64,000 nucleotides of DNA from a bacterium (GTDB lineage: Bacteria; Patescibacteriota; Minisyncoccia; Phycocordibacterales; UBA9973). The position numbers and the translations under genes are program-made. Under the pieces are notes generated by a model. The model ran no database searches and was not told the origin of the DNA. It saw only the letters and a program-made list of their open reading frames with translations. Location: NCBI GenBank assembly GCA_037127795.1, contig JBAXXQ010000001.1, forward strand, positions 252,274 through 316,273, written 5' to 3'. How positions within the stretch are numbered: the stretch's first letter is position 1; each line of letters opens with the position of its first letter. Positions 7,984 to 17,528 of this stretch are shown piece by piece.

Positions 7984-10900
7984 TGTTCGACACAAGAAGA
8001 CTTTTTTTGCGCTCACATTTGTGTTTCTTTTTGGTGCAACAGTGTCTTTTGCGAATCCTCCTGTAGGTGGCTATGACCCTGGTACTATCCTTGATCCAGA
8101 TTGTGCACCAGGTAGTACAGACTGTACAGTAAATATAAATAATAAAATTAGTGCAGGAAATGGGGTTGAATTTGTCGGGCAAGCAATACAAGTCAAACTC
8201 GATGGAGCAAGTCTTTATAAATCAAATACGGGGTTAAAAATTTCTGATGGGTATATTGGACAAAGTTCTATTACTACTGTCGGGACTATTATTGCGGGGC
8301 ACTGGCATGGCGATGTGATAGATATTGCGCATGGTGGTACTGGGCTTGGCGCAACACCACAAAACGGAGAATTCCTTATCGGTAATGGTACTGGATACGA
8401 TTTGGTAAATCTTGCTGGGGCTGATGGTGTTGTTATTACAAATTCAGGAAGTACTGTGACTATTGGTCTTGGTACTAGTAATATACCAGTTATAACGAGT
8501 GTTTCTGGTACTGACTATATTCCAATCTATCAAACCACTAGTCCTGATGTTCGTAAAAAAATCACCTATAATGATTTGTTTTCTGGTGTTTTAGGGTCTT
8601 TGAAATATCAGGGTACATGGGATCCTGGTACAAACACACCTGCTATAGCAGATAGTGATTGTAATAGTTCTGCAAAAGGTAATTTTTATATTGTAGGTGC
8701 TTCAGGTAATAGACATATTGGTAGTGAATTTAGTTGGGAGTCTGGTGACTGGCTTATTTGTAAGGGGACTGTTTGGGAAGAGGTTGAAAAAACAAATAAT
8801 ATTGATTCTGTATTTGGTCGTATGGGAAGTGTTGTTGCTATGAATGGGGACTATACCGCATCACAAATCACTAATGTACCTTTTGGTAGTATTAGTTCTA
8901 TTACAGTGCAAAATGCTATTAATGAACTTGCGACAGAAAAAGAGCCAGTGATTGTTCCAGGACTTGCAAATGAATATTGGCGAGGAGATAAAACATGGCA
9001 AACATTGGATACTTCAAATGTTTCAGAGCATCCAGCAAGATTGTATTTTACTAATGCTCGCGCGGTAACAGCACTTACCGGGCAAAATCTTTCTATTTTT
9101 AATAACAATGTGGGATACAATTCTGGTACAGGTGCAGTAGGGCAAATTCCTTTTTGGAATGGTACAAATACTATAACAGGTGATACAGGGCTTGTTTGGG
9201 ATAATACTGATAAACAGCTTGTTATTGGTGGTGGGTCAAACTTCGCATTCTCTACACCATCTGCGGTGACTTTTAATATTGGTGGAAATGTCGATACGTT
9301 TTTTCAGGCAAATATTCAAAATCAGTCAAATGGTGCAAACGCATCAACTGATTGGATTGCAACATCTGACAATGGAAATGAGCTCGCAAACTATGTAGAT
9401 ATGGGAATTAATAGTTCTGGGTACAATACACCATCATTCAATATTACCGGAGTAAATGATGCATATTTATATAGTGCTGGAAATGATTTTGCGATCGGTA
9501 ATGCATCAATAGGAAAATCTTTAAAATTCTTTACTGGTGGAACAACTACTGCAAATCAGCGTTTAGTTATAGATGGTACAGGTGATGTAGTTTTTACACC
9601 AACATCTTCGTCTGCGACAACCTCATCATCTTCATTATCGTTTAATTCGACGTATGCGTTGACGGCTGCAAATACTGCAGTAACCACAGGGACTGTGTCG
9701 GCATTGGTAACAGCTCAGGGTGAGGTGGTCGGAAGTAGTATTACAAACGGGGTATTTAATGCGAGTGGACACAAATTGAGCTCTGCGGTGACATGGCCTA
9801 CAGTGCTTACTCCGACGTATTTTGATGAATATGATATTGCTGCGGGTGCAGGGTATTCACCAGTGATTCAATCTATTTCTATTGATACCGCTGTTACCGG
9901 AGGAAGTAATCAGCTTATTGGAGATTTGCGATATTCAACAGATGGAGGAAATACTTTTACATCTGCTGGGTCTGTAAAAAATTTCCCATTAACCTCTGGA
10001 TCGTATTTAACATTTTCATATACAGGTCTTTCTATTTCTGTTCCTAGTAATACTACTATTATATTTAGAGTATTTATATATGCGTCAGGAGTGGTGACAT
10101 CATCTCGTTCGGTGTATATGCGTAATATGCAAATTAATGGACAGATTGGTACTTCTACTGGATCTGTAAAAGGGGTAAGTATTGCAGGTAATTATACTGC
10201 ATCTGCAAGTAACCACGTGCTTAGTGCTTTGTACATAAATGGTACCTATAATGCCGCTGGGTATACTGGAGTAAAAAATTATGATTTGTATCAAGCAAAT
10301 GCGGCCGCAAGTAATTATTTTGCAGGAGTGGTAGGTATTGGGAATCTCAATCCGACATACATGCTCGATGTAGGAAGTAGTAGTGTCTCTGGTATTGTCG
10401 GGCGTTTTACGAATGCAACAGGGTCTTGTACGATATCTCCGACAACAACATCACTCTCATGTTCTTCAGATATAAATCTTAAGAAAAATATTGTCGTACT
10501 TGCAGACAATACACTCTTTACGCTCAGCACTATAACTACAGCACCAACAGCTACTACATTGGATAAAATAATGTCCCTTACCCCAGTGCAATATAATTGG
10601 AAAACAGAACAAGATACCGACCCAAAACACACCGGATTTATCGCGCAACAAGTAGAGCAAATATTCCCAGATCTCGTACTTACTGATCCAGAGACAAATC
10701 TCAAATCTGTAAACTATATGGGCTTTGCGCCATATCTTGTACAAGCGGTACAAGAGATAAATGTTACTATAAAAAATCTTTCTTCATTGGATACTGGAAA
10801 TATAAATTCTCTCGGCTCGCTCATAAAACAATTTCTTGCTGATTCAAAAAATAATATAGAAGATTTGTATGCAAAAAATATCCATAGTAGTAATCAAATT

Positions 10901-11044
10901 TGTATCAATAGTACTTGTATCAATGAAGATCAACTCAAACAAATGTTGAACAATACTACTCCGGTACAGCAATCAGTAGTAGATATTTCTATACAAGACC
11001 CTGCTATACCAGCAGTAATACCTGATACGAATTCTACCCAATAA
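7970..11044 (+). CDS. Giant secreted tail-fibre-like protein with C-terminal intramolecular chaperone / auto-processing domain (peptidase S74-like), paralog 1
   Basis: Signal peptide; Gly/Thr/Ser/Asn-rich body; C-terminal SCSSDINLKKNIV...LTPVQYNWK...HTGFIAQQVEQIFPDLV matches the endosialidase/tail-fibre chaperone motif (S-D-x-x-L-K-x-N-I ... GhIAQ-V); conserved CxxxxC-DQLKxML tail. Confidence 0.7.
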   Translation: MLLFFVRHKKTFFALTFVFLFGATVSFANPPVGGYDPGTILDPDCAPGSTDCTVNINNKISAGNGVEFVGQAIQVKLDGASLYKSNTGLKISDGYIGQSSITTVGTIIAGHWHGDVIDIAHGGTGLGATPQNGEFLIGNGTGYDLVNLAGADGVVITNSGSTVTIGLGTSNIPVITSVSGTDYIPIYQTTSPDVRKKITYNDLFSGVLGSLKYQGTWDPGTNTPAIADSDCNSSAKGNFYIVGASGNRHIGSEFSWESGDWLICKGTVWEEVEKTNNIDSVFGRMGSVVAMNGDYTASQITNVPFGSISSITVQNAINELATEKEPVIVPGLANEYWRGDKTWQTLDTSNVSEHPARLYFTNARAVTALTGQNLSIFNNNVGYNSGTGAVGQIPFWNGTNTITGDTGLVWDNTDKQLVIGGGSNFAFSTPSAVTFNIGGNVDTFFQANIQNQSNGANASTDWIATSDNGNELANYVDMGINSSGYNTPSFNITGVNDAYLYSAGNDFAIGNASIGKSLKFFTGGTTTANQRLVIDGTGDVVFTPTSSSATTSSSSLSFNSTYALTAANTAVTTGTVSALVTAQGEVVGSSITNGVFNASGHKLSSAVTWPTVLTPTYFDEYDIAAGAGYSPVIQSISIDTAVTGGSNQLIGDLRYSTDGGNTFTSAGSVKNFPLTSGSYLTFSYTGLSISVPSNTTIIFRVFIYASGVVTSSRSVYMRNMQINGQIGTSTGSVKGVSIAGNYTASASNHVLSALYINGTYNAAGYTGVKNYDLYQANAAASNYFAGVVGIGNLNPTYMLDVGSSSVSGIVGRFTNATGSCTISPTTTSLSCSSDINLKKNIVVLADNTLFTLSTITTAPTATTLDKIMSLTPVQYNWKTEQDTDPKHTGFIAQQVEQIFPDLVLTDPETNLKSVNYMGFAPYLVQAVQEINVTIKNLSSLDTGNINSLGSLIKQFLADSKNNIEDLYAKNIHSSNQICINSTCINEDQLKQMLNNTTPVQQSVVDISIQDPAIPAVIPDTNSTQ

Positions 11045-11049
11045 AACCT

Positions 11050-11274
11050 TTTGTTTTGTAGTCTTTACATAGTATACTTATAGCGTATATGCGCCACTTT
11101 TTTATCACACACAAGAAAACATTCTTCGCAATGTTATTTGTGATACTTTTTAGTACTACTATCTCTTTTGCTGACCGTGCAAACCCCTACACTGCAGGAG
11201 AAACTCTTGATCCAGACTGTGCGCCAGGAAGTGGGGTGAATTGTACGGTACATATTGCTGGTGGAGGAGGAACT
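11050..11274 (+). repeat. Copy A of a ~225 bp identical cassette (promoter + 5' end of gene)
   Basis: Sequence from tttgttttgtagtctttacatag... to ...gctggtggaggaggaact is identical to 14127-14354 except for a 3 nt GGA indel. Confidence 0.85.
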
Positions 11275-14121
11275 CAGACATTGCAAGATGTAACAACTGC
11301 AGGGAATTCTATAACTAATGATATTGGGAATCTTGCTGATAATACATGGAGGATAAATAGTAATGGTGTTGCAAGATTTGGACATCCTATAACTGGTACT
11401 GGAGTAGAGATAGACCCGGATGGAACTATACAATCAGTTGGTGGTAGTTATTCTACGTTTTTTACCGTGTATCCAGGTGGAGGGCAAATTTTAATGGGAG
11501 ATTTTGATGAAACTAGTGGTAAAACAAAATATTTATTAGATGATGTAGCACAAACCCAAACCTTCAATGCTAATAATGGGTTCTTATTTACAGGTGTTAA
11601 TTATCCAGGAGGGTTTGCAAGTATCAACCCAGATACTAATGAAATATTGTTAGGAGAATTCAACACATCAAATGATAATACACATATAGATATATTAAAT
11701 AATTCAGGACATACAGGTAATTATATAAGAACATATTCAAATCATGGGGAATTTAATAATTTAGGTGAAGGGATTAATTTAGATTTTGAACACAACCTAT
11801 TTCAATTAGGTGTATACAGTCAAGAAGGTCTTCAAACCTATATCTCTTTAGATGACAATGCTCAGACTCAATCTTTTAATGCTAGTAATGGGTTTAATTT
11901 TACAGGAAATAATTTTTCTTATGCAAATAGTGGTGGAGAGTATTTAATTAATGCAAACTTTAATAATCGAACTATTGTAATAGGAGATAATCAGCGTATT
12001 GCTGGTAATGGTAATAATTTAACTATTGATGATAATAACAATCTTATTACTTTAGGTAATATATCTTTAAGTGCTTCAATTGAATTAAACACATGGTCAG
12101 GTATAAATACATATTATGCTTATAGGGGGCATAATTTTACAGGAGGTGGTACATTGTCTACTGATGGTGATATAAGTGTAGGAAATAATATTGGAAACAC
12201 TGTTACAGGAGGATGGAGTATAGATAATGCAGGCGCAGCTCATTTTGCAGCAGGGAGCTTCAGTGTAGAAGGTAATGGTAATATTAATAGTGATGGTCAA
12301 TTAAGCCTTGCGGGTGGTAATGCCGGAATATTTAGTGATGGAAGTTTTAGTACTTATAATAACTCACTTGCTGCTAAAACAATAAGTTACAATGGGCATT
12401 TGTTACAAGTAACAGATAGTGTTTATGGTGGTAATTTTTTTAATGTAACAGAGGATGGTACTTTATCAATATCTCAATCTTCAAGTGGCAACAACACATT
12501 ATACATAAATGGTAGTGGTCAGTTCTATATAGCAGATAAGCAGAATGGTTACCAAACATTTAATGTGGGGTATGATTATTCTTATTTTCAAGATAAATAT
12601 TATGGTACTGGTATAGATGCTCAATATGCAAGATTTGAAAAAGATAATATATTCTTTCAAGATGTAACTGGTACACAGAAATATTTTACAGCTGATACTT
12701 TTGGTATACAAACAACTGATCCGATATCTGGAGTTAATGTGTTAGGTCCTAAATGGCTGTTAGGAAGATATAATACTAGTACTCAATCTTTAAATGTTTC
12801 TGTTGATGGTACACAATATAATATTCCTACGCAAACAATTTCGGTAAATGTATCAAATAATTCCGTATACTCTAGTTTATTAGGAAGTTCTAATTTGGCA
12901 TATTCTAATGTTTTAGGAAATAACGCAGGTCTTGGGGCAAGTGGTACATATAATAATTTTTTAGGACCACTTAGTGGCTTTGGAACAAGTGCCTCTTATT
13001 CAAATTTTATTGGAAACGGTGCTGGAGGGTTTGCGACAAATGCATCTCACTCCAACTTTATCGGAGATGGAGCTGGAGCCTTCTCATCATCTTCATCATA
13101 TTCTACCTTTATAGGTTTTCATGCTGGTGCTGATAGTATTTTTAATCCTTTAAATGGACAAAACAATATTATTATTGGTACAAATATAACTCTTCCTCCG
13201 AGTACAAGTAATGCTATTAATATAGGCGGTGTTTTGTTCGGTCTTAATACTCAAAATGATTATAGTGCCAATACTGCTTATTTTACCGCTGTTACCTCTG
13301 GCAAAATAGGTATTGCTAATGCTAATCCGTATTATACCCTCGACGTAGGTAATTCGTCGGTATCAGGAATAGTAGCTCAGTTCACCAACTCATCAGGTAG
13401 TTGTACTATCTCCCCAACAGGTTCAGCAGTTTCTTGTTCTTCCGACATCAACCTCAAGAAAAATATTGTTGCACTCAAGGATAATACACTCTTCACTCTC
13501 AACACTATCACTACAGCACCAACAGCTACCACACTAGACAAACTCATGACACTTACTCCAGTAAGTTACAACTGGAAAACAGAAAACGATACTGATAATA
13601 AACACACTGGATTCATCGCACAACAAGTAGAACAAGTATTCCCAGATCTAGTAACTACAGATCCAACCACTAATCTCAAATCTCTCAACTATATGGGCTT
13701 TGCACCGTATATAGTACAAGCAATACAAGAAATGAATTTCAAGATGACTGCAATCATTCCTGATGATCTTGATGCGACTGCGTATGCAAAAATAAAAAGT
13801 TTCTTGCATCAAGTTGCAACTGATGGAGAAATTACTTTCAATACTTTGAAAACAACACTTATCACTAGTGATGAAATTCGTGCAAATAAAACAACAACCA
13901 ACCAGCTCTGTGTCGGCACCACTTGTATCGATAGTGATCAGCTTGCAAAAATGCTCCAGTCTGCAAATTCACAAAATACAGCGCCAGGTACTCTTGTAGC
14001 AACTCCAGATACTACACAAACTCCAGCAACACCAGACCCTATACTAGCTCCTACTCCTGACCCAGCCCCAAGTACACCTGCTGTCACCGACACTACGACA
14101 CCTACTGTTTCTACACAATAA
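11089..14121 (+). CDS. Giant secreted tail-fibre-like protein with C-terminal S74-like intramolecular chaperone domain, paralog 2
   Basis: Same architecture; first 62 codons and 44 nt upstream identical to paralog 3; Gly/Ala/Asn repeat block; SSDINLKKNIVAL...YNWK...HTGFIAQQVEQVFPDLV; Pro/Thr-rich C-tail. Confidence 0.7.
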   Translation: MRHFFITHKKTFFAMLFVILFSTTISFADRANPYTAGETLDPDCAPGSGVNCTVHIAGGGGTQTLQDVTTAGNSITNDIGNLADNTWRINSNGVARFGHPITGTGVEIDPDGTIQSVGGSYSTFFTVYPGGGQILMGDFDETSGKTKYLLDDVAQTQTFNANNGFLFTGVNYPGGFASINPDTNEILLGEFNTSNDNTHIDILNNSGHTGNYIRTYSNHGEFNNLGEGINLDFEHNLFQLGVYSQEGLQTYISLDDNAQTQSFNASNGFNFTGNNFSYANSGGEYLINANFNNRTIVIGDNQRIAGNGNNLTIDDNNNLITLGNISLSASIELNTWSGINTYYAYRGHNFTGGGTLSTDGDISVGNNIGNTVTGGWSIDNAGAAHFAAGSFSVEGNGNINSDGQLSLAGGNAGIFSDGSFSTYNNSLAAKTISYNGHLLQVTDSVYGGNFFNVTEDGTLSISQSSSGNNTLYINGSGQFYIADKQNGYQTFNVGYDYSYFQDKYYGTGIDAQYARFEKDNIFFQDVTGTQKYFTADTFGIQTTDPISGVNVLGPKWLLGRYNTSTQSLNVSVDGTQYNIPTQTISVNVSNNSVYSSLLGSSNLAYSNVLGNNAGLGASGTYNNFLGPLSGFGTSASYSNFIGNGAGGFATNASHSNFIGDGAGAFSSSSSYSTFIGFHAGADSIFNPLNGQNNIIIGTNITLPPSTSNAINIGGVLFGLNTQNDYSANTAYFTAVTSGKIGIANANPYYTLDVGNSSVSGIVAQFTNSSGSCTISPTGSAVSCSSDINLKKNIVALKDNTLFTLNTITTAPTATTLDKLMTLTPVSYNWKTENDTDNKHTGFIAQQVEQVFPDLVTTDPTTNLKSLNYMGFAPYIVQAIQEMNFKMTAIIPDDLDATAYAKIKSFLHQVATDGEITFNTLKTTLITSDEIRANKTTTNQLCVGTTCIDSDQLAKMLQSANSQNTAPGTLVATPDTTQTPATPDPILAPTPDPAPSTPAVTDTTTPTVSTQ

Positions 14122-14126
14122 AATTG

Positions 14127-14354
14127 TTTGTTTTGTAGTCTTTACATAGTATACTTATAGCGTATATGCGCCACTTTTTTATCACACACAAGAAAACATT
14201 CTTCGCAATGTTATTTGTGATACTTTTTAGTACTACTATCTCTTTTGCTGACCGTGCAAACCCCTACACTGCAGGAGAAACTCTTGATCCAGACTGTGCG
14301 CCAGGAAGTGGGGTGAATTGTACGGTACATATTGCTGGTGGAGGAGGAGGAACT
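14127..14354 (+). repeat. Copy B of the ~225 bp identical cassette
   Basis: Direct comparison with 11050-11274. Confidence 0.85.
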
Positions 14355-17300
14355 AATGGGTGGGATAGTATGTTGGCGCAAAATCAAGTACAGACGCAGG
14401 ATAGAACTATTGATGTTAATAATAAATATTTACGATTTAGTAATATAAATGAAGTTGATTTTTCTGGGGTCTCTGGTCAAAACACTATTGAAATTGTGGA
14501 AGGGCAGGTAAATATGGGAGATATTGGTGGGGTTGGAAATGGTGTTTATTTTTCAGTTGATAGTCCTAATAATAAAATTTATTCATTGGCTGGAGGAAAT
14601 CCAGCTGGATTGAATCTTGATTTTAATAATCAAATATATGAATTGGGTGATTATGGTCACAATAATGATGCTACAACATTATCAGTAGATAATACTCATG
14701 ATATTATTTCTACTTATAGTGGTTCAAATAATTATAAAAATTCAGGTATTTATTTAGATTATGGAAATGCTGATTTTTATTATGGTGATTATGGTCACAA
14801 TCAAAATGGTACAGCAATTTTACTTGATGATCTAGCTCAAACCCAAACCTTCAATGCTAATAATGGGTTTACGTTTAATACTGACAATGGAGGATTTATT
14901 GTATCAGGTAGCAACAGTTACCATTATCAAGATGGGTTATTAGGGGCAATAATATCAGGTAGAATAGCATTTATAGGGGATAATTCTGGCGACTTTAATA
15001 GTACTAGTTTATTGGTTAATGACAATACTGGACAACAATTTATTGATTTTAATGCGCAAAACGGTTTCCAATTCACAGGAGGTTCTATAAGTAGTGATGG
15101 TAATATCTTACTAACAAACGGGGGTACTATATCTGCAAATGCAAATGATTTACAACTAATAAATAATGGTAATTCAAACTATATAAATGTAGGCGCAGGT
15201 GGTAATATAGAGGCACATTCAACAACTGGTGGGACGATAGCATTACAAGATGATTTAAATGGTGCAAAAATATTAATTAACAATTATGCGGGTGATATTG
15301 AATTAACATCTACTTTAGGAGCACCAATAAAAATGTTTGGAGGTAGTGTTCAAACTGATGGTGATATAGAAGGTGGTGGCAAGATAACCACACCTAATTC
15401 AACATTATTTTCAGATGGTTCTGTAGGACTTCCTCATGCTGCTATTAATGTAGACGGGGGTGGTTATTTATCTAATGGTAATTTTAGTTGGGATGCAGGT
15501 GGAAATATAACTACTTATGGTGATTTAAGTTTAATGGGGGGTAATGCGGGGATATTTTCAAATGGACATATATTTTCGGGGGTAGATGGGTTTAATAATT
15601 TTGATGCAACGCAATCTGGTTCACTTACAATTGCTTCAATTAGTGATGGAACAGCAACATTATTTACTGGTGGCGATGGAGATTTTTACATAGCAGATAA
15701 AACAAGTGGTAACCAAACATTCTATGTAGATGTAGCTGGAATGCAAACAACCGATGCAGTAGCGGGGGCGGGAACACTAAGCCCTGCGTGGAAGCTTGGA
15801 AGTTATAATAGCACTTCTGAATCTGTCGCTGTGTCTATTGGGGGTACACTATACAATCTCTCTACGCATGGTGTCGCACTCGATAGTAACAATAGCTTTA
15901 TTGTCGGAGGGGCTGGATCTTTTGGTGCAAATATAAATTCTGTATATGTAGGATTTGCAGCTGGGACTGGTGCAAATGATGCAAACAATTCAAACTTCCT
16001 TGGTGCAAATGCAGGGCTCAATGCGCAATTTGCAAACCATTCAAATTTCTTTGGTGCAGATGCTGGTAATGGTGCAATCAATGCAAGTGTCTCAAACTTC
16101 ATTGGGTACCAGGCGGGGTATGGGGCTGTGAATGCTACGGGCTCAAACTTCTTGGGGCAAGATGCCGGTCATGGTGCAACATATGCAACCAATTCAAACT
16201 TCTTTGGATTCCAGGCTGGATATGGTGCGCTCGGTAGTAATAGCTCTCCATTTAATAGTAACTTCTTTGGGTATCAAGCAGGGTATGGTGATTACAATCT
16301 CACCGACTCAAACTTCTTTGGATACCAAGCAGGATATATTGCAAATACTGCTATAAGTTCAAACTTCTTTGGAAATAGCGCAGGGTATGGAGCAACTAAT
16401 GCTGCGTATGCAAACTTTATGGGGTTTTATGCTGGGTATGGAGCTGGTAATGCAAACGGCTCAAACTTCTTTGGACGCAATGCAGGAGATTCTGCAAGTA
16501 ATGCATCATATTCAAACTTTATTGGATTTGCAGCAGGTAAGTATGCAACAAATGCTCAAATTTCAAACTTTATTGGAATCGGCGCAGGTCTTGATGCAAC
16601 AAATGCAAGTGAGTCAAATTTCTTTGGAGATAATACTGGGCGTGGTGCAACCAATGCTTCAAATGCAATATTTATAGGTGCAAGTGCTGGGTATAATGAT
16701 GCTGTAAATAATGTTTCAACTGGAGGGTTTTCAATTCTTATAGGGCCACATACAAATACTGGTGGCTATTCAAACAGTATTGCAATAGGTGGCTCTGCTA
16801 CCAATACCGCAACAAATCAATTTATGATCGGCTCAACTTCATTCCCAATCAATACTACTGTCATCAAAGGTGCAAGTACACAATGTACTATCACCACAGG
16901 TACAGGTATTGCATGTTCGTCTGATGCAAGTCTCAAGAAAAATATTGTAGCCGTACAAGATGGTACGCTTGCAAAAGTACTTGCACTCCGCCCGGTAACA
17001 TACAACTGGAATGATGAACAAGATACTGATCCGACACATATAGGATTCATTGCGCAAGAAGTAGAAACAGTATTCCCACAAGTAGTATCTATAGACCCTG
17101 CAACACATCTCAGACTGCTCTCTACGACCTCACTTATTCCTTATACTATCAAAGCTATACAAGAGATGCATATTACTATTACGTCTGTAATTCCAGATAC
17201 TCTTGATAGTACTGCGTATGGCAAAATAAAAGAATTTTTGCGAGAAATTGCTACAGAAGGGAAGGCTGTAGTAGATATTGTACAAACACATACACTCTGT

Positions 17301-17528
17301 GTAGACGATGTGTGTGTCACCCGTGATCAGTTCAAAAACATGGTCCAGCAAGCAGGTCAGCAACAAAGTGCTCCGAGTGTTGTTGTGCCTGTAGCACCTA
17401 GTACAACACCAGTAACCACTCCAACACCAGTTTCATCAGACGCTACTGTAGTAGACCCAGTTGTTACCCCAACACCAAGTCCTGTGGTAGATACTACTCC
17501 TGCTCCTGCATCTTCTGAAAATCAGTAA
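14166..17528 (+). CDS. Giant secreted tail-fibre-like protein with long SNFxG-xAG-GA-NA repeat array and C-terminal S74-like chaperone domain, paralog 3
   Basis: Identical N-terminus to paralog 2; ~17 tandem 14-16 aa Gly/Ala/Asn repeats; CSSDASLKKNIVAV...YNWN...HIGFIAQEVETVFPQV; Pro/Thr/Val-rich tail. Confidence 0.7.
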   Translation: MRHFFITHKKTFFAMLFVILFSTTISFADRANPYTAGETLDPDCAPGSGVNCTVHIAGGGGGTNGWDSMLAQNQVQTQDRTIDVNNKYLRFSNINEVDFSGVSGQNTIEIVEGQVNMGDIGGVGNGVYFSVDSPNNKIYSLAGGNPAGLNLDFNNQIYELGDYGHNNDATTLSVDNTHDIISTYSGSNNYKNSGIYLDYGNADFYYGDYGHNQNGTAILLDDLAQTQTFNANNGFTFNTDNGGFIVSGSNSYHYQDGLLGAIISGRIAFIGDNSGDFNSTSLLVNDNTGQQFIDFNAQNGFQFTGGSISSDGNILLTNGGTISANANDLQLINNGNSNYINVGAGGNIEAHSTTGGTIALQDDLNGAKILINNYAGDIELTSTLGAPIKMFGGSVQTDGDIEGGGKITTPNSTLFSDGSVGLPHAAINVDGGGYLSNGNFSWDAGGNITTYGDLSLMGGNAGIFSNGHIFSGVDGFNNFDATQSGSLTIASISDGTATLFTGGDGDFYIADKTSGNQTFYVDVAGMQTTDAVAGAGTLSPAWKLGSYNSTSESVAVSIGGTLYNLSTHGVALDSNNSFIVGGAGSFGANINSVYVGFAAGTGANDANNSNFLGANAGLNAQFANHSNFFGADAGNGAINASVSNFIGYQAGYGAVNATGSNFLGQDAGHGATYATNSNFFGFQAGYGALGSNSSPFNSNFFGYQAGYGDYNLTDSNFFGYQAGYIANTAISSNFFGNSAGYGATNAAYANFMGFYAGYGAGNANGSNFFGRNAGDSASNASYSNFIGFAAGKYATNAQISNFIGIGAGLDATNASESNFFGDNTGRGATNASNAIFIGASAGYNDAVNNVSTGGFSILIGPHTNTGGYSNSIAIGGSATNTATNQFMIGSTSFPINTTVIKGASTQCTITTGTGIACSSDASLKKNIVAVQDGTLAKVLALRPVTYNWNDEQDTDPTHIGFIAQEVETVFPQVVSIDPATHLRLLSTTSLIPYTIKAIQEMHITITSVIPDTLDSTAYGKIKEFLREIATEGKAVVDIVQTHTLCVDDVCVTRDQFKNMVQQAGQQQSAPSVVVPVAPSTTPVTTPTPVSSDATVVDPVVTPTPSPVVDTTPAPASSENQ

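Noticed and set aside
16132-16677. Plus-strand ORFs (74 and 102 aa) in alternative frames inside fibre paralog 3
   Set aside because: They lie entirely within the repeat array of a 1120 aa gene and their low-complexity M/Q/L-rich translations are frame artefacts of the periodic DNA.
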